A stretch of 64,000 bases of DNA from Nageia nagi (Eukaryota; Plantae; Pinophyta), in assembly GCA_050084985.1 (NCBI GenBank), contig JBITNC010000001.1:177878001-177942000 (forward strand), written 5' to 3'. The notes below the pieces were generated by a model. The model had not been told where the DNA came from. It saw nothing but the letters and a program-made list of their open reading frames with translations, and made no database searches. The translations under genes and the position numbers were made by a program. Positions 26,366 through 41,399 of the stretch are shown here, piece by piece; within the stretch, counting starts at the first letter, position 1, and the number at the start of each line of letters is the position of its first letter.

Positions 26366-26814
26366 GATAATGTAAAACTAGATTTTTGGTCACAAAGATT
26401 GTATTTTGATTATCAACTCATAAGAAATATGGTCCCATCTATCTAAACACAATCCAAACCTAAGATTCTAAAATAAATGATGCATCCATTGAATAAGTTA
26501 TCTTATTATCAAACAACTATCATACTATATCATCATAAAATATTTGGATATCATAATTTATTTCTTGCTCATCAACATAACCAAACCACTATTATATGTG
26601 AATAAGCACATTGAAGAAAACATCATTTTATCCTTATTATCATTGTAATTAGAATATGAGTATCCAATAAACTTAGGCAAACTATATCTCCTATTGAAAA
26701 ATTCATCTCCAATGTCCCTCTAATATACCTTAGAATCTTGTTGGTCATTTTTCAATGGTTTTCTTATGAATAAGCTATATACTTTGTAGGGTAAATTTTA
26801 ATACCCTCCCCAAA

Positions 26815-27809
26815 CATGCTTGTAAAACTAGAGCTAATCTAGTCGACCCTATGTAAAAAAATGATGGATATGATAAAAACTTGTGCGGAAGCCATGGTGA
26901 ATTCTACCGTTAACTTTTTTTTTAATGAAGCAAAATTACACATTTGAAAAAATGCTTATTTTGATAATATATTATAATAATAAGATACATTATATAATAA
27001 TAATTATATATTCATATATAATATGTATTGTTATATATCATAATAATACATATAATTAATATATAAAATATTGTATTATTATTTTAATTGAAAAAATATA
27101 ATAAGAATATGATCAATAAAAACATATTAGGAATAAGTAGAAATTTGATTTTCTTTTTATATTTGAGATTTTTTTGAAATAGTTTTTTTATTTACTAAGA
27201 ATTTTGACATAAAATTTATCTTTTTGGATATCCATTTTCATGTAGAATAAGTTTTTTTTTTCAAAATATATATAATTGAATGATTAGGTTCTTATCTAGT
27301 CAGATGATCAAAACCACAAGACTATGCTTTTATCTACTTGAATGTTTAGGTTTCTACCTAGTTATCTTAAGCAAAAAGATTAGCAAAAGGAATATTTATT
27401 GGAAAATTCAAATGTTAATGAATTTTGATTTACTTAGATTTTTTATGTAAAATTCATCATTTTGGATACCCATTTTTTAGTAGAATCTAATCACACTTGT
27501 TGCATCAAAATTTGGGCATGTTTTTAAAAATATTCACAATCAAATCTTAATATTGTGAAATGTTTTTAAGCTTATAAATTTTGATTTAATAAGAGTTTTT
27601 TATGTAAAATTTATTATTATAAATACCTATTTTCATATAGAATATAAAAACACTTATTGCACCAATATTTGGGTATTTTATTTAGAATATCTATAATCAA
27701 ATAATTAAGCTTTTATCTAGTCGAATGATTGGGAAAAAGCTTAGTTAGGCAACTAGATGTTTCTCTAAGTAGGCGATTAGCATCCTACCTAGTTATTTGA
27801 CCAAGCATG
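26815..27809. mobile_element. Possible hAT-like MITE with internal ~157-bp repeats
   Basis: CATGCTTG at 26815 and CAAGCATG at 27802-27809 form an 8-bp inverted pair. Repeated ctagtc(g)/ctacctagtt subterminal motifs are present, with related blocks at ~27200, 27421 and 27578. No matching TSD was found. Confidence 0.4.
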
Positions 27810-29449
27810 TGCAACTCCTTAGTCTAAAATCTATTCACAAATTGTTGCTTCGTTGACACATTTGTATCATATTTAGTTTACATATCATAAGGTACAACTA
27901 ATGATAATATTGACATAAATTATTTTTTTATCATTTTTAGGTTCAATAAGCCATTTTGAATTGTTTAAGGCTATTTAAATTATAAAATTATTATAAATGA
28001 TCAACAAACCTACCCACTAAAATAATATGAACATTAAAAATTATGATACCTATATGGTAAATGTGGGCCCTTGAATTCACCAAATGTAAATTTCTAAAAT
28101 TTTAATATTCATACACATGTATGATGATTCATCGCTAATATTTCCTTGGTACTTAGTCATATACATAACCATGAAGGAAATGCTTGAATTACTATGAATG
28201 AGATATAGTAAAAATCCTCTTAGTAAATGATATAAAGTGTTATCAACTATTGGATCATCCAAAGGTACTATAAAAATTAAATTTAGTAGCCTAGTTTTGA
28301 TATTTGATTTATTAAAAACCATAATTTATGAATTTAAATGAATTTAATTAATTGAGAGAATTTTAATAAATCTTATTCTTAAATAATGAGAATGTTGTCT
28401 AATGTGTATCTCTTTATTTATTTTGCAAGGTGTAAAAGGACAAATAAAAAGAATTTCAAATCATGTCTCTATTTGGTAACCAAGCTACAACAAATTTCTG
28501 AAATCAAATATATCCTTCAAAAGCATCAAAATCTCTCCCTTGCCCTCATTTGTGAGCATTTGAAGATCATTATTTCAAGTTCAAGACATAAAAAAATTGA
28601 AATAAATTAAAAAGAATGTTGAGCCAAAATGATTGAGTTTTGGATACATTGAATAAATTGAATTGAACAGAAAGGTTCTCAAACTCACCAAATAGCCCCA
28701 ACAATCTATAGGAAGTCAAATTATCCTCAAAATAGGGCCACTAATAGTCCTATTACTATTAGATCTTAGCTTTCTAAAGTATTTAGAGTTGTCTAATTCT
28801 ACCCTCGAGCCTCCTAAACCCTCTATTTCTCTTGAAAATGGTATTTAATACATATTTGCAATTATTATTTTTTATATAAATTTCATTTTGGTTTTTAACT
28901 TCTAAAAAGGGCTAGATCTTGATCATCATTGAGGCTAATCCTAACCCTTGCAAAACTTAATATAAGAATCAAAAGTCTTGGTAACTTATTTCAAGGGTTA
29001 ATGCATCATCAAATAGGTGCACAGATATTACATTTATTATTTTGATTTGATATACATGTTAAATATAGGATTTTCATATTTTATTTGTAAAATCTTGTAT
29101 GCTCTAGTTTCATGATACTTATCATACCACATTTAGGTCATATACTATGAGTCTTATTTCTAATTATTATCATGTAGATAAATAAGTGTATTTAATTATT
29201 AATATAAATCATTTTTATTTATCTACAAATTTGGTGAACTTGAATTATTTCATAAAAATAATATTTTTTAATCTAAATCTTCTACAAAAATACAAAAAAG
29301 AAAATATGGACCTAGATATACTTAAGCAGTTCTTGGATAATAAAAGGGTTGATAGAAGAATTAAATTAATTTTCTAGTAGAATAACATAAATATAAATTA
29401 GAATATCAATCAAGATGCTAATAAAAATATTAAGAAAATAATATATCCT

Positions 29450-30480
29450 TAAGTATCATTAATTGTTAAAAAATTACAAATGCTTAACTCTAAGATTAAT
29501 GAAAAGGAAGATGATGTATATGATTTTGATAGTTTATTCATTATACCTATCTCATGGTAAATATTAAAGATTACCTTACTAAAAATAAAAAAAAAAAATA
29601 TTATAGGTTTGATTTATTTAGTTGGAATAAAAATCCTAAATAACATCTCATCAACTTTTAATAAGAGTGTGACTTTAAATTAGATTATGACTACAAATTA
29701 ATGATAAGGTATCTTCCTAGGAGCCAAAAAGGAAGAGCAAATAAGTGGTGCTATAAAGTTTCTTATCATTCCCTCAAAAATTATCAAGATGTAGTAAATG
29801 TTTGTATGGATCACTACATATATAATATCAAATAAAAGGTCACCTTAGCATTTTTTATATGTAGTTAGATGAAGAAGATAAATTCATTAGGAAAGGATCT
29901 AATGAAAAAGTTAGATACATTTATTTCTAAAATAAAAAATTATGGAAAATAATAAATTCAAAGTTAGATGAAGAAGATATAAATCAAATATTTATTAATT
30001 CCTTTTTACCTCCTTAAAATCCTATGGTAGTAGCTTTAGGGATGAAAGTTTTGGGACTATAGATAAAAAAATGTTAGATAAGTAAAAATTCTTACTTAGG
30101 GGAGGCATATTTAAATATGGAAACACAACATCATCCAAATATGAAAAGAATCCATACAAAACTAAAAAAGAGGAAAACAATGTTAATGTGGTTAAAAAAC
30201 CTACATAGATAAAATCAACAACTCATTTACTATTCCACCTAGATTCATCTTAAAGGATTTAGTCAAAAAGAAATTATTTGAATCTCACTAAAGTAAGATG
30301 AAAATGATAGTAGCATAGAAAAATCTAAATGGTATAATACATAATTTTATTGTGAGTTTCACCAAGTTAATAATCATTCAACAAATCAATGTATAGTATT
30401 AAGAAAATAAATTAGACAATTAGTTTAAAAGGAAAACTTTTCATGTCTAACAAAGAAAATAAAGAATATTCTTTAGATGT
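29450..30480 (+). mobile_element. Decayed Ty3/gypsy gag remnant
   Basis: FYCEFHQVNNHSTNQCIVLR (~30346-30405) is a C-x2-H-x4-H-x4-C gag motif of non-chromovirus gypsy elements. Confidence 0.55.
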
Positions 30481-30747
30481 TTACCCTAACATTTTATAGA
30501 AGCATGAGCATAAAATAATATAAAGGAAAGTGTAGAGTAGTAGAAGTGTAGGCAAATTATTTCATAAGTACAATAGGCTATTATTAAGCAAATTATAGCT
30601 TAGCGAAATTGTAATTTTATCAAAATGCAAGCGAATGATATTTGAAATGCAATGAATAAATCAAGATTACAACCTGATATAAAGCCCCACAAGGAATGGA
30701 AAAATGTGTTGATGTAGGAAAAACCATTCATAAAGGAGGCAATTGGT

Positions 30748-31395
30748 ATGGTACTAGAGCCTAAATTCTCTAATGATGAGGTTAGTATCTTGATTATAAA
30801 AAGTATAATAGAGAAGGAAGAGGAGGGGATAAAATCAACCCTTGTTGGTTGCTTTGTGGGGGGAAGACCCCCTCTAGATATGATTCAAATTTTTATGAAA
30901 GCAAGATGGAGTACAAAAGGATGGGTATCCCTAGTTGCTCTCCTAACAGAATTTTTGTTATTCAAATTTCAATTTGATAAAGAACTACAAAAAGTGATAG
31001 AGATGGGTCCATGGTTTTTTGGAAAGAAAGGATTAGTCATGAAATGATTGGAGAAAAATTTCTCCCCTAAAAGTGAAAATTTCAACCTCATTACAACATG
31101 GGTCTCACTACCCAAACTTCACTAATCTTGTTGGTACCCATGTGTAATAGTCAAAATTGCAAAAGCAATTAGATCCCTTATCACAATTGAGCAATCAACA
31201 AGGTTAAAACTTAAATTTAAAGATGCAAGATTTGTGGTTAATTTATATATCTCCAAACCTTTGATGAATAAGATAAAATTGAAAATAAAGGATGGAAGAG
31301 AATGAATACAACCAATTGCATATGAAAATATGCTAGTACAATGTGGAATTTGTAAGAGTTATGAGCACTATGTAAAGGATTGCCCAAAAAAGAAG
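30748..31395 (+). mobile_element. L1 LINE ORF1 remnant (DUF4283 + zinc knuckle)
   Basis: LVGCFVGGRP...FLLFKF...GPWFFGKKGLVMK*...TWVSLPKL...YENMLVQCGICKSYEHYVKDC, with in-frame stops. Confidence 0.85.
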
Positions 31396-32218
31396 AGGAG
31401 GGATAAAGAAAGGAGAGAAAAGAAAAAAAATGAAAAGAAGTATCAAGATAAATAGAAAGAGAATGGGTGAAAATAAGTTTAGAAATAAAAAAAGGAAAAC
31501 ATTAGAAGAATAGAATCAAAATGTAGACAAAATGAACCATATCAGAAAAATAGTCAACTTCAAAAGAAGTCCAATGGAAGAAATCAACCACAACAAACCC
31601 TTATTTAATGATACCAATTTTAAAAATAATAGACAAAGAAGAAACAAATTATAATATAGACTTTTTAGAAGACGAGACAACAAATATGAAAGTTGTGGAA
31701 GGGGAAGATAGAGAAATAATAAGGAGGGTGATAAAAAAGTAAGGAATGCAAATATTCAAGCAAAAAAAAAAAGAAGAAGAAGGCCAAGATGGAATCCTAT
31801 CATGAAATATACTAAACTCTAGAAAAATAGCAAATGTTGGACAAATACATGTAGGGAGACCATCTCAAGTAGACATTAGAAAGAAACTCACTAACAAGAT
31901 ATAGCAAATGCAAAGTAATTAAATCTACACCAAATTAATAAATCTTAGCCCACATTTGGGTTGAATAAAGGATTTATTGATTAGAATATTCTAATAATAA
32001 AGAGGTAATTGGGTTGTATCTCAACTATGTTTCAAATGTATTTTGACTACAGTTTGATGATTTTCTATTAATACAATTTGTATAGTATATTGCATTAGGG
32101 ATACCAACAAGTTATAGTTGGGTAGCATATGAATTTATTTTGTTAATAGTTTTTTTTGCAAATTTTATTAGCTACCACTAGATATAGCTAGGTGGCAATT
32201 TCCCATTTTGGGAACCAT

Positions 32219-33480
32219 TGTGTGACTAGTTTTTTTGGGGTTTCGGACAAAATTCCCCATCGCTTTTGATAATATAATTTACCCTTATTATCAAAATAAA
32301 TAAAATAAAGAAGAAAAAATACTAAATATAATTATCAAATAAGATATATATGCTCATGATATAAAAGGGAAGACCTAAGATAATAATTATAAATCTAGTA
32401 ATAATACAAAGAATGGAAGTTGCATAAGATCTTAAATCATATAACATGCTTGAGAAACTTAAAAATACTTAAGAAAAGATAAGTTTGAATGAATACATTC
32501 AGATATCTAAACCTTATAGTAATATATCATATGAAGTATTCAAGAATGAATAAATTCCAACAAATTTGATGACTTTCTATATTTTTAGAAGTGATTGATT
32601 CATAGAGATAAAGTAGGTTAATAAAATTTGATGCATATGAAATGTAAGTAAGGATATCATAGATCAAGTAATGGACTTATATATTTAGGTAAATATATTT
32701 ATGTAGATATGTATAGTAAGGAAAGTATAATAAAATAATAATAAAGGATAATCCTAATATCTACTTTAGGCTAAATATCTACAATGGCCAAATAATAATA
32801 TCTAGGGCATAAACATAAGTAAATAATAATATCTAGATATCAAATAAAACCAACAAGAAATAAGAAATATAATTCAATAAATGGATGAACTAATCCTCTA
32901 GCATACCTTATTTGCATGATAGACATTTGTAAACTTGCACTCAGGAGGATCATCAGTAGCTTGATGTGGAGTTTGGGTAGCTCTCTCACTAAGAAATGCA
33001 CCATTGGTGGTTTACCCTATCTAAAATAGACCTCTGGTAATCTACTTTACTCAAAATAGACTGTTGGCAATCTATTATACTTTGAATGGATTGCTAGTGG
33101 TTCTCTTCCTCTAGATCTATCATCCAAAATTAACCTCATAGCTTCCTTCATATGTAAGTATATTAGAAAATATATGTACAATATATTAAAAAGCATAAAC
33201 AAGCTCAGGTAGGATAATCTCAAGCTTTGATAAGTGACATTTATAAACACCATAAATTTGTTTGTCCACACTATCAAGTCCTAAGAAGTTTTGACAATGG
33301 ATTGATGATTTTCTCCTTATTTATATACTTGTCAACAAATAAAGATCATCCATTAGTCCATAATTATAAGATAAATCTAAATAAAATAACTTAATTGATA
33401 TTCATGTATGACATGTATAATATATTATTTTAAATAAATTAAAAATCTAATTTAGGTATCTACAAATTCCCCACTTTGGA
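32219..33480 (-). mobile_element. 3' LTR plus polypurine tract of a minus-strand Ty3/gypsy element
   Basis: The minus strand reads AAAGTGGGGAATT immediately followed by TGTAGATACCTAAA at 33464. The far LTR end is uncertain. UTR-like cattgata repeats lie at ~34320-34580. Confidence 0.55.
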
Positions 33481-36400
33481 AGTATGATTAGAAAATACAA
33501 GTATTTAAAAATCATGCATTCTAAAGTAAAATATAAAGAAAACTTAAAAAATTTATTGATCGATTTTATGATAATGCTAACTGCATGCCCCGTTTTTGAC
33601 TTTGATATTTTTCATAGCAAGGAAAGAAAGAAGGATTCAAGGTAAAAATAACCTACACCAATATGTTAAACATCTACCATACACATCAATGCCTATACAA
33701 TATTCATTTATAGATCATACACATCATAAGTACATATTAGCTTAGATTTAGATCATACATATGGAAAATTTCAATCAGTTTTAGATTATACATGTCATAA
33801 GAATATGCTACCTTAGATTTAGGTCATACATATGGACATTTTCAACTATTTCTATATGCAACCCAAATACCATGCTAATCCAACAATGAATATAGAGATT
33901 TAAGCATGATGTGATTGACTATCTTAGAAATCATAATGATTTACCAAAATTTCATAGATGGAAATGTCCCATAATGTATCTTTGTTTATCCAAAAAGATA
34001 CAAAAAATATAATATAATATTATAACCATTTACCTATGACGGTAATAGATAACTTAGTACAAAACATATAATATGATAAACATATTCTAGTATAAAACAC
34101 CAACAAATATTTGGCAGCTTATACTTGAAACTTCTTAGATTAAGTTTCACCAAGATGGAATTGGATAAGCATGCTTTAGTATAAAACATAAACTAATATT
34201 TGGCACCCTCTATATGAAACCCCTTAGATTATGAAACCCCGTTAGATTAAGTTTTTTCAATGTAGAAATACGCTTCAATTAGATTTTGCCATATCATAAT
34301 TGGACAAACATGATCAAATCATTCATTGATAAATAATTGATAACTCAAGCATTGATAAACTAATGATAATACATTGATATAATCATGAAAAATCATTGAT
34401 ATTTCATCAATATGATAAATGCATACATGATAAATACATTGATGAGAAAAATACATATGTGATAACACATTGATAAGCAAGATATATACATCATAAAAAC
34501 ATTGATAAGAAAGAAACATATATTATAATTACATTAATAAGAAAAATATGTATTGGTAAACACATAATGAATAAATTGATAATTCTTGGAATCAAACATA
34601 CCTAATACTTACCTAAAATTGATAAAAAAATTTGGTCATATATGAGAATTTAAGTTGAGATCTTATGAAAAATAGGAGCACCAATGGTCTTAAGATATTA
34701 ATCACCAATGATCTTAAGCTACTAACTTTTGAAATTGATTCTCAATTTATATTCATCAAAAATATCTGTAACTAATTAAATACTAAGCTTTTTATGTTAA
34801 ACTAAACTTAACTTAAACTTTTCTAAGTTGATGTAACTGATTTTGACCTAAAATCACATTTGCATTGATCTCATCCTAATTACCCTTCTTTCAAAATATA
34901 CAAATATGATTTTAAATGGACTATGGGTGCTCTATTTTTGAACTAGGAGGATAACTAAAGATCCTCTTTTGATTGATAATTTCTAAATTTCTTCATATCC
35001 ATTAGACCAAAAATGGCCTTTGGTGAACTTTATAAATCATTTCTTGATTGATTTATTGATGGTTATTTTACTGCTCTCTATGTGAACACTACCAAAATTG
35101 ATCCCCTTATGGTGGTGACTATATATCACCACCATATGCTAACTTAAATCATCATTGTGTCTTAAAGAGGTGGTTTTAAATTATCACAATATCATTTAAG
35201 GGCATGCTTTCAAACTGCCAGTTAATAATTACATTTGTAAAAAAGTTATATAGCATGGAAGCATTATTCCAAATGTAATAATGCTTAAATGTTATATCAT
35301 CATCAGTTACCCAAGGTACTAGAGCTTGATAATAGTTATCCTAATTATAGTGCTAGCCATGGGCTCCCAAAGGATGGCCTAGTAGATTTTTCCAGTCATT
35401 ATTCCTATGCAAATTTTCAATACATAATATAATTAAAAATAAATTATCAATTAATTACACATGATAATATACTATACAATACAATAAATATACCTTAATT
35501 ATGATTTCCTTAATAATAGGCCTTAAGCTTGATACGATGATATGACTAAGATGGATTTGATTCTTAGATGAGTATGCTTCTCTCCTTCTTCTCTTTAGAC
35601 CTACAAACATATATAAGAACATCCTTTAAATATCATATGCAATAACTATGTATTATAGTCCCTTTTCAAGGGTCCTTGAGCACCTAAGACATCAAAAAAA
35701 TTAGAAGCTATCTTGAGAGGATGTAGACCTCCCACACCCATGGATGATCACTTAGTAGAAAACCTTCAAAACATGTATGAAAATGGACTTCTTAAAAAAA
35801 CCCCATTTTTAAAATTTACCACCCCCCATTTATATTTATTAATGCCCTATGTTTTAAATTTAGCACCTCCTCTCAACCCTTCACCCTCAATTATGCACCC
35901 CATGATCCTCCCCACCATCCCACCCCCTTTTTCTAAATACCCTACCCTCCTCCCCTTATAAAATATTTATCAATATACCGCTAGTTAAATTAGGTATTAA
36001 AAATAACCTTTGTATTTTTATAAATGATATTTACCATTTTCTAACAATGATCCCTCATGACCACACCCTAATCAAGAGAGTGAAAATGAAATACTAAGGT
36101 GAAAATTATCACATAATAATTTAAGTTGTATGATATGAAATGCACTATGCATTATATGAGATTAAATGATCCATGAACCATATGAGGATACTTCATATCC
36201 ATGAATGATTGATTAGAGAGCTAGTTTGACAATGGTAGAGTTAGTCCAATTGTGACAGGCTTATTTTGACTAGATTTTGTGTTATCCAACTAGTGAAATT
36301 ACAAAGGCCATATTTTCCAAAATATAATGGCCTCTACAAGTTGATTGGTTGGAAAATAAAAAATGATTTAACTAATCCTGTCATGATTAGACTAACTATA

Positions 36401-37329
36401 TAATGGTTGAATTAGGTCTCTAATCAATACTTCATATCCATGAACATTTATTATGGTAATACACCCGAAATGGAACAATACTATACATGCAATGTTGACC
36501 ATCTTGGTTGTGGTGGGCATATAGATGAAGCAAAAGACAAATAGAATGCCAATAACTAGACCTATAAAAATTTGCATCCATCACATCTATAAAACTTGGA
36601 TCAATAATTTTGAGAGTTTATATAGATATGATGGATGAAGATTTCTACAAGTATTCTTGGACAAAATTAGATAGTATATTATACAAAAAATTCATGCAAG
36701 TATATATTCTTGAAGAAGGAAAATGAGGCATATCTTCAAAAAATAATATTGGTATTTGAAAGTAATTCATGTTTCTTTTGAAAAGTTTCATATAAAATAT
36801 ATATCAAAACTATACATATTAATGTTAATTACATCAAAACTATGCATATACATGTTATACCAAATCTATATGCATCCATATTAATGAGATCAGAACTATG
36901 CTATGTTAAATATCCAAGTATGTTGGATCAAAAGTATGTTAAATATCCATCTTTTTGTTCCTTTTAAATGAAATAGGGGAATGAGTTTGTGGTGCTTCCT
37001 ATGAGGAGTATGGTAACACTAAAATAGGAGGTTTCATCTTTATGATTGTCTCTTTGTTCCTTTGAATTGAGGTTTTTCTATCTACATGGGTTATGAATAC
37101 ATAGAATATCTTGTAACCTTTAAATTCTTTAGGGTAAATCTTGATCACCTTGCCTTTAACCACTATTTCATTTATCACCAATGGTATTTCTAGAAGTATC
37201 TTTTTTGGTGTCTTTAATGGTATTTTTTTGGATTCCTTTCCCATTAAAATAATGATACTCCTTTGTTGTTAATTAGTTCTTCTATGAATTTCCTAGCATG
37301 CGATAGACACATCCAAATACTATTTTATT

Positions 37330-39750
37330 TACAAGAACAAATTAGACAAATCCACACATCGAAGAAGTATTTTTTGAAAAATTAAAATGCAATAAAAAAA
37401 TTTGATATACATTTATGCAAAATATGGAATATGCATGATGTAGACATAGTTTCATGGATTACATTGTGGAAGACACATTATACAGAAACAATTCATTGGT
37501 ATTATGTAGACAAAGTTTATGTCCTTATCCAAGCTAATTTTTAGATCATATGGTTTATTTAAATCATTTTATATCACATATCATAATTTTTTTAATACAA
37601 TTTAGCCAATGAAGGAGCCCATAATATGTATTATTATTTTCATCTCATCATTCTATATACATAACATTTCATCCACTTGGGAACTACATATTTTGTTATG
37701 TTTGTGGCTAAGTATTACAAGCATATTTTTGCCAACTTACCACTTTTGGACTGGTTTTTAGATTATTTCATATCATACATAATGTGCACTTGGTTCATTC
37801 CATATCAAATGATGTACTTAGATAATTTCATATCATATATATGGTGTATTTGGATAATTTCATATCATATAGTGTACTTATATCATTTCATATCATATTA
37901 TTAGAGCATTTAAAACATTTTGGATCATATGGTACTGTATTTAAATCACTTCATATCACATCATATGATGTATCTAAATAATTTCATATTTATTTCAGTG
38001 GGAGGTTTAAATTAAATCATTTCTTAGTATAGTCTATACAACCAAGAAGGTCAATAATTTTGTACATTTAAATGATGTACAGTTGCATCATTTCTAAACA
38101 TATGGTGGATGACACCAACTTATAGCTTTTGGACTAGTTTTTAAGACTTATAAAATTATTTCATGATATAAGCACCAAGTAGACGCATCCACCCATCCAA
38201 GAAGTAGTTTTTGAAAAATTGAAATAGAACATAAAACTTGATAGACATGTATGCAAAATGTAGAAGATGCATGATGTAGATATAATTTCATAGACTATCA
38301 TTCTTGGAGGTTTTAATAACATATTTTATGCTTCTCTCACTTCATAAGGTTTCATATCATATGTTGGTGAATTTAGATAATTTCATTGAATATTATGGTT
38401 GTGAATACCTTGATAGGCATGTATGCAAAATATGGAAGAATAAATGAAGCTTAGGAATTATCTAACAAGATGCATGATTCAAATACAATTTCATAGAATG
38501 CAATGATCATAAAATATGTACAAAATTATTTTTTTGTAAAGGCTCTAGGCCTTTAAGTAGATGCAATTATTATATGTAAATTCAAACTCTATGATCTTTA
38601 CTAACATGTACCACTATGGGAGCTCTAGAAGAAGGTATAAACATATGCTAAATAGTAGTTGAAAATGGTTTTACATCGAATATTTTGATTGTGACTACCC
38701 TAATATATATGTATATAAAATGTGGAATAATAAAAAAGGCTCGATAATTATTTAACAAGATGCATGATGCAAAAAATATTTCATGGAATGCAATATGGTA
38801 AGTTGGTAAAACTATTCTTGTAATACTTAGCCAAATACAAAAAAATATGCTCGTAATTCTTAACATAATTAATTCAAAAAATACCATAATTATTGGTAAT
38901 ACTTAGCATAACCTTTGTATGTATTCTATTTTCATGCAATAATGTAGGTCTAGGGGATGAGGGCTATAAATACTTTAATAGTATGAGTGAATCCTATTGT
39001 ATTATTCCTAGTATGAATTATTATGCATGCATTGTTGACCTTCTTGGTCATGTAGGCTATCTTGAGGGAGCTTTGAACTTCACTACCAAAATACCTATAA
39101 ACCCTAAATTGGGTGTGTGGATGTGTCACTTGGTGCATCTAAATCAAATGTTATAGTTATGAGTATACAAATAGACATATATAAAAAATGTGGAAGAATA
39201 CCCAAGATCATGCATGATGTAAAAACTACATGTCTAGTGGAATAGGGTTGTAAATACTTTAGTATCATGAGTTACTCTTATTGTATTATTCCTAGGATAA
39301 ATTATTATGCATGCATCATGGACCTTATTGGTCATGCAGGCTAACTTAAGGGAGCTTTGAACTACAATATTGAAATACTCATAAACCCTAAATTAGATAT
39401 GTGGATGTGTCTACTTAGTGCTTATAAATCAAATTTTATGGTTGTGACCATCATGATATACATATATAAAAAATATGGAATAATACACAAGACCATGCAT
39501 GATGCAAACACAATTTCATAGTCTACAATGATTGTAGGATACACATAAAATAAGTTTTTTTTTTTAAATTCCTATAAACACATGAAAAATGTGGAATAAT
39601 CCATAAGGCCTAGGATTTATTTTACAATATGTCTAATGTAAACATAGTTTCATAGTGTAATGATTGCAGTATAGACATAAAATGGGTTTTCTAAAAAAAT
39701 GAAAAAAAATACAAGGCAAAAATATATATGTAAAATGCAAAAGAATAGAA
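37330..39750 (+). pseudogene. Degenerate PLS-class PPR gene fragments (multiple S/P/L and L2-S2-E motifs)
   Basis: 38893..39156 reads SITFVCILFSCNNVGLGDEGYKYFNSMSESYCIIPSMNYYACIVDLLGHVGYLEGALNF..IPINPKLGVW. A second L2-S2-E copy lies at ~39230-39425, with repeated D(M)YAK / MHD..ISW remnants, stops and frameshifts. Confidence 0.85.
37755..37990. repeat. Degenerate ~30-bp tandem repeat (gataatttcatatcatat..gtgtactt)
   Basis: atttcatatcat recurs at least six times. Confidence 0.7.
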
Positions 39751-41399
39751 GGTCATGTAATTTAAAAGAATACCAACTTGTACCTCATAGTACCACATAT
39801 CCCATCATCTAATATTACCTTGCATCATCTTATCTCCTCTCATTTTTCCTTACAAAATGCTCCTTTATCTCATCTAACCCCTTAGTCAATAAACTCAAAA
39901 TAATAAAACTATTTCAAGTACTCACCTAATCTCCCTGCATGCATCTTTCTTGTTATTTTTTATGTTTTCAATAAGGGGTGGTCTTAATCTATCTCCTTGT
40001 ATTTTTTTGGAGGCATGTTAAAACTACCTCATAAAAATTACCACTAAAACCTAAAAAAAGGCGGTTAAAAAACCACCTCCATAAAACTACCTCAAGTTGC
40101 ATACCTCCAATCCTTTTTTCATTTTAGTGATATTAATCTCAAATTAATACATCTTGATTGATACCCCAACCAATATGGCTCTATTTTTTTGATAATACAT
40201 CCTAAACTACTCAACTATGATCTACTAAAAAATTAATGCATGTAGGATTTCCAACGGTCCTATTTTTGGGTTGTAAGGACTATCAATGGTCCTCTTCTTG
40301 AAGCTAAATATAATAATTTATCCTAATAAAAGGAAATACAAAATCCAATAAATAGATATTATTGTTGCTCTGCTATCCAAATATGAAATAACTAAAATAG
40401 TAAACACCTACAAATATAAATTATTTATATTTTTTCTCCATTGTGGGTTCATCCAAACAACCTGTACTATTTTTTAACTTCTCCCATTTTGAACTTGTGA
40501 TTTTGTTGTTATGTTCAAATGGAATATATGTAATAGTGATGATCGACACTACCTATTTGTAGACCTACAAATCACTTGTTGCTTCCAAAACATATAAAAT
40601 GATGTTATTCAAAAGATAAATTTTATCTATATGGATCCTTATTTAATGAGGAATTGGTGTTCCAATATGATATTTCCTCTAAGTTATATTCTTTATGTCA
40701 TACATGCTAATTAATTACCTTGGAATCATGAATGTGTATATATCATCCTTACCATAAAAAATAATGATCACACCCATATGCTATGAATATCCATCTACCT
40801 CTTTTGATCATTACTTTGCATTTTTTTTTCTATGGTTCATGCTTTCCAAATGGGCTCCCAATTCTCAATAATAATTCTAATTTTAGTATAATCCATTATT
40901 TAAGGTTTATTTAATATTTTTATCTCTATATAAGGATATTCTCATCTTGCCAATCATGATATTTTTGTGAAAGCTTATTTATACTTTATAGAGAATATGT
41001 GCTTCAATTTTGATAATATTTGTAAATATTCTATTTTTTTTCTTTCCAAACTATTTAGTAGACACGTGCTAGTAGAATAGTAAAAAAAACCTCTACTAGT
41101 TTATTTTCTAAATTTGGTATCTACATCAACCTATAAAGCAATTATTACATAGACTTTAAGCCCAGATTGTTGATGCAAACATAGGAATAATATAATATAA
41201 TGAATCCAAATAAAATGATTGCATAAAATAATAAAGGAAAGAGAAAAGTACAATATAATCATGTAACCTTATTTCAACTTCAATCCAACTACACCCATGT
41301 GTCTTCTTGATTCCTCTATCTTTCATCAATGTCCTTACTCTTTGAACATCATCTCAAATACCCACTTCAACATAAATATTCGAAAGAAAAATATAATAT

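Larger units (their letters stand above)
35087..40129. mobile_element. CACTA (En/Spm)-like non-autonomous element containing PPR fragments
   Basis: CACTACCAAAA at 35087 is followed by gaggtggtttt-type subterminal motifs. A cluster of aaaaccacctc/aaactacctc motifs (39975-40105) ends in TAGTG at 40129. The 3-bp TSD does not match (gaa/ata). Confidence 0.5.

Noticed and set aside
38893-39156. Functional PPR gene
   Set aside because: It is a short fragment surrounded by stops, frameshifts and scrambled duplicate motifs, with no intact E/DYW end.
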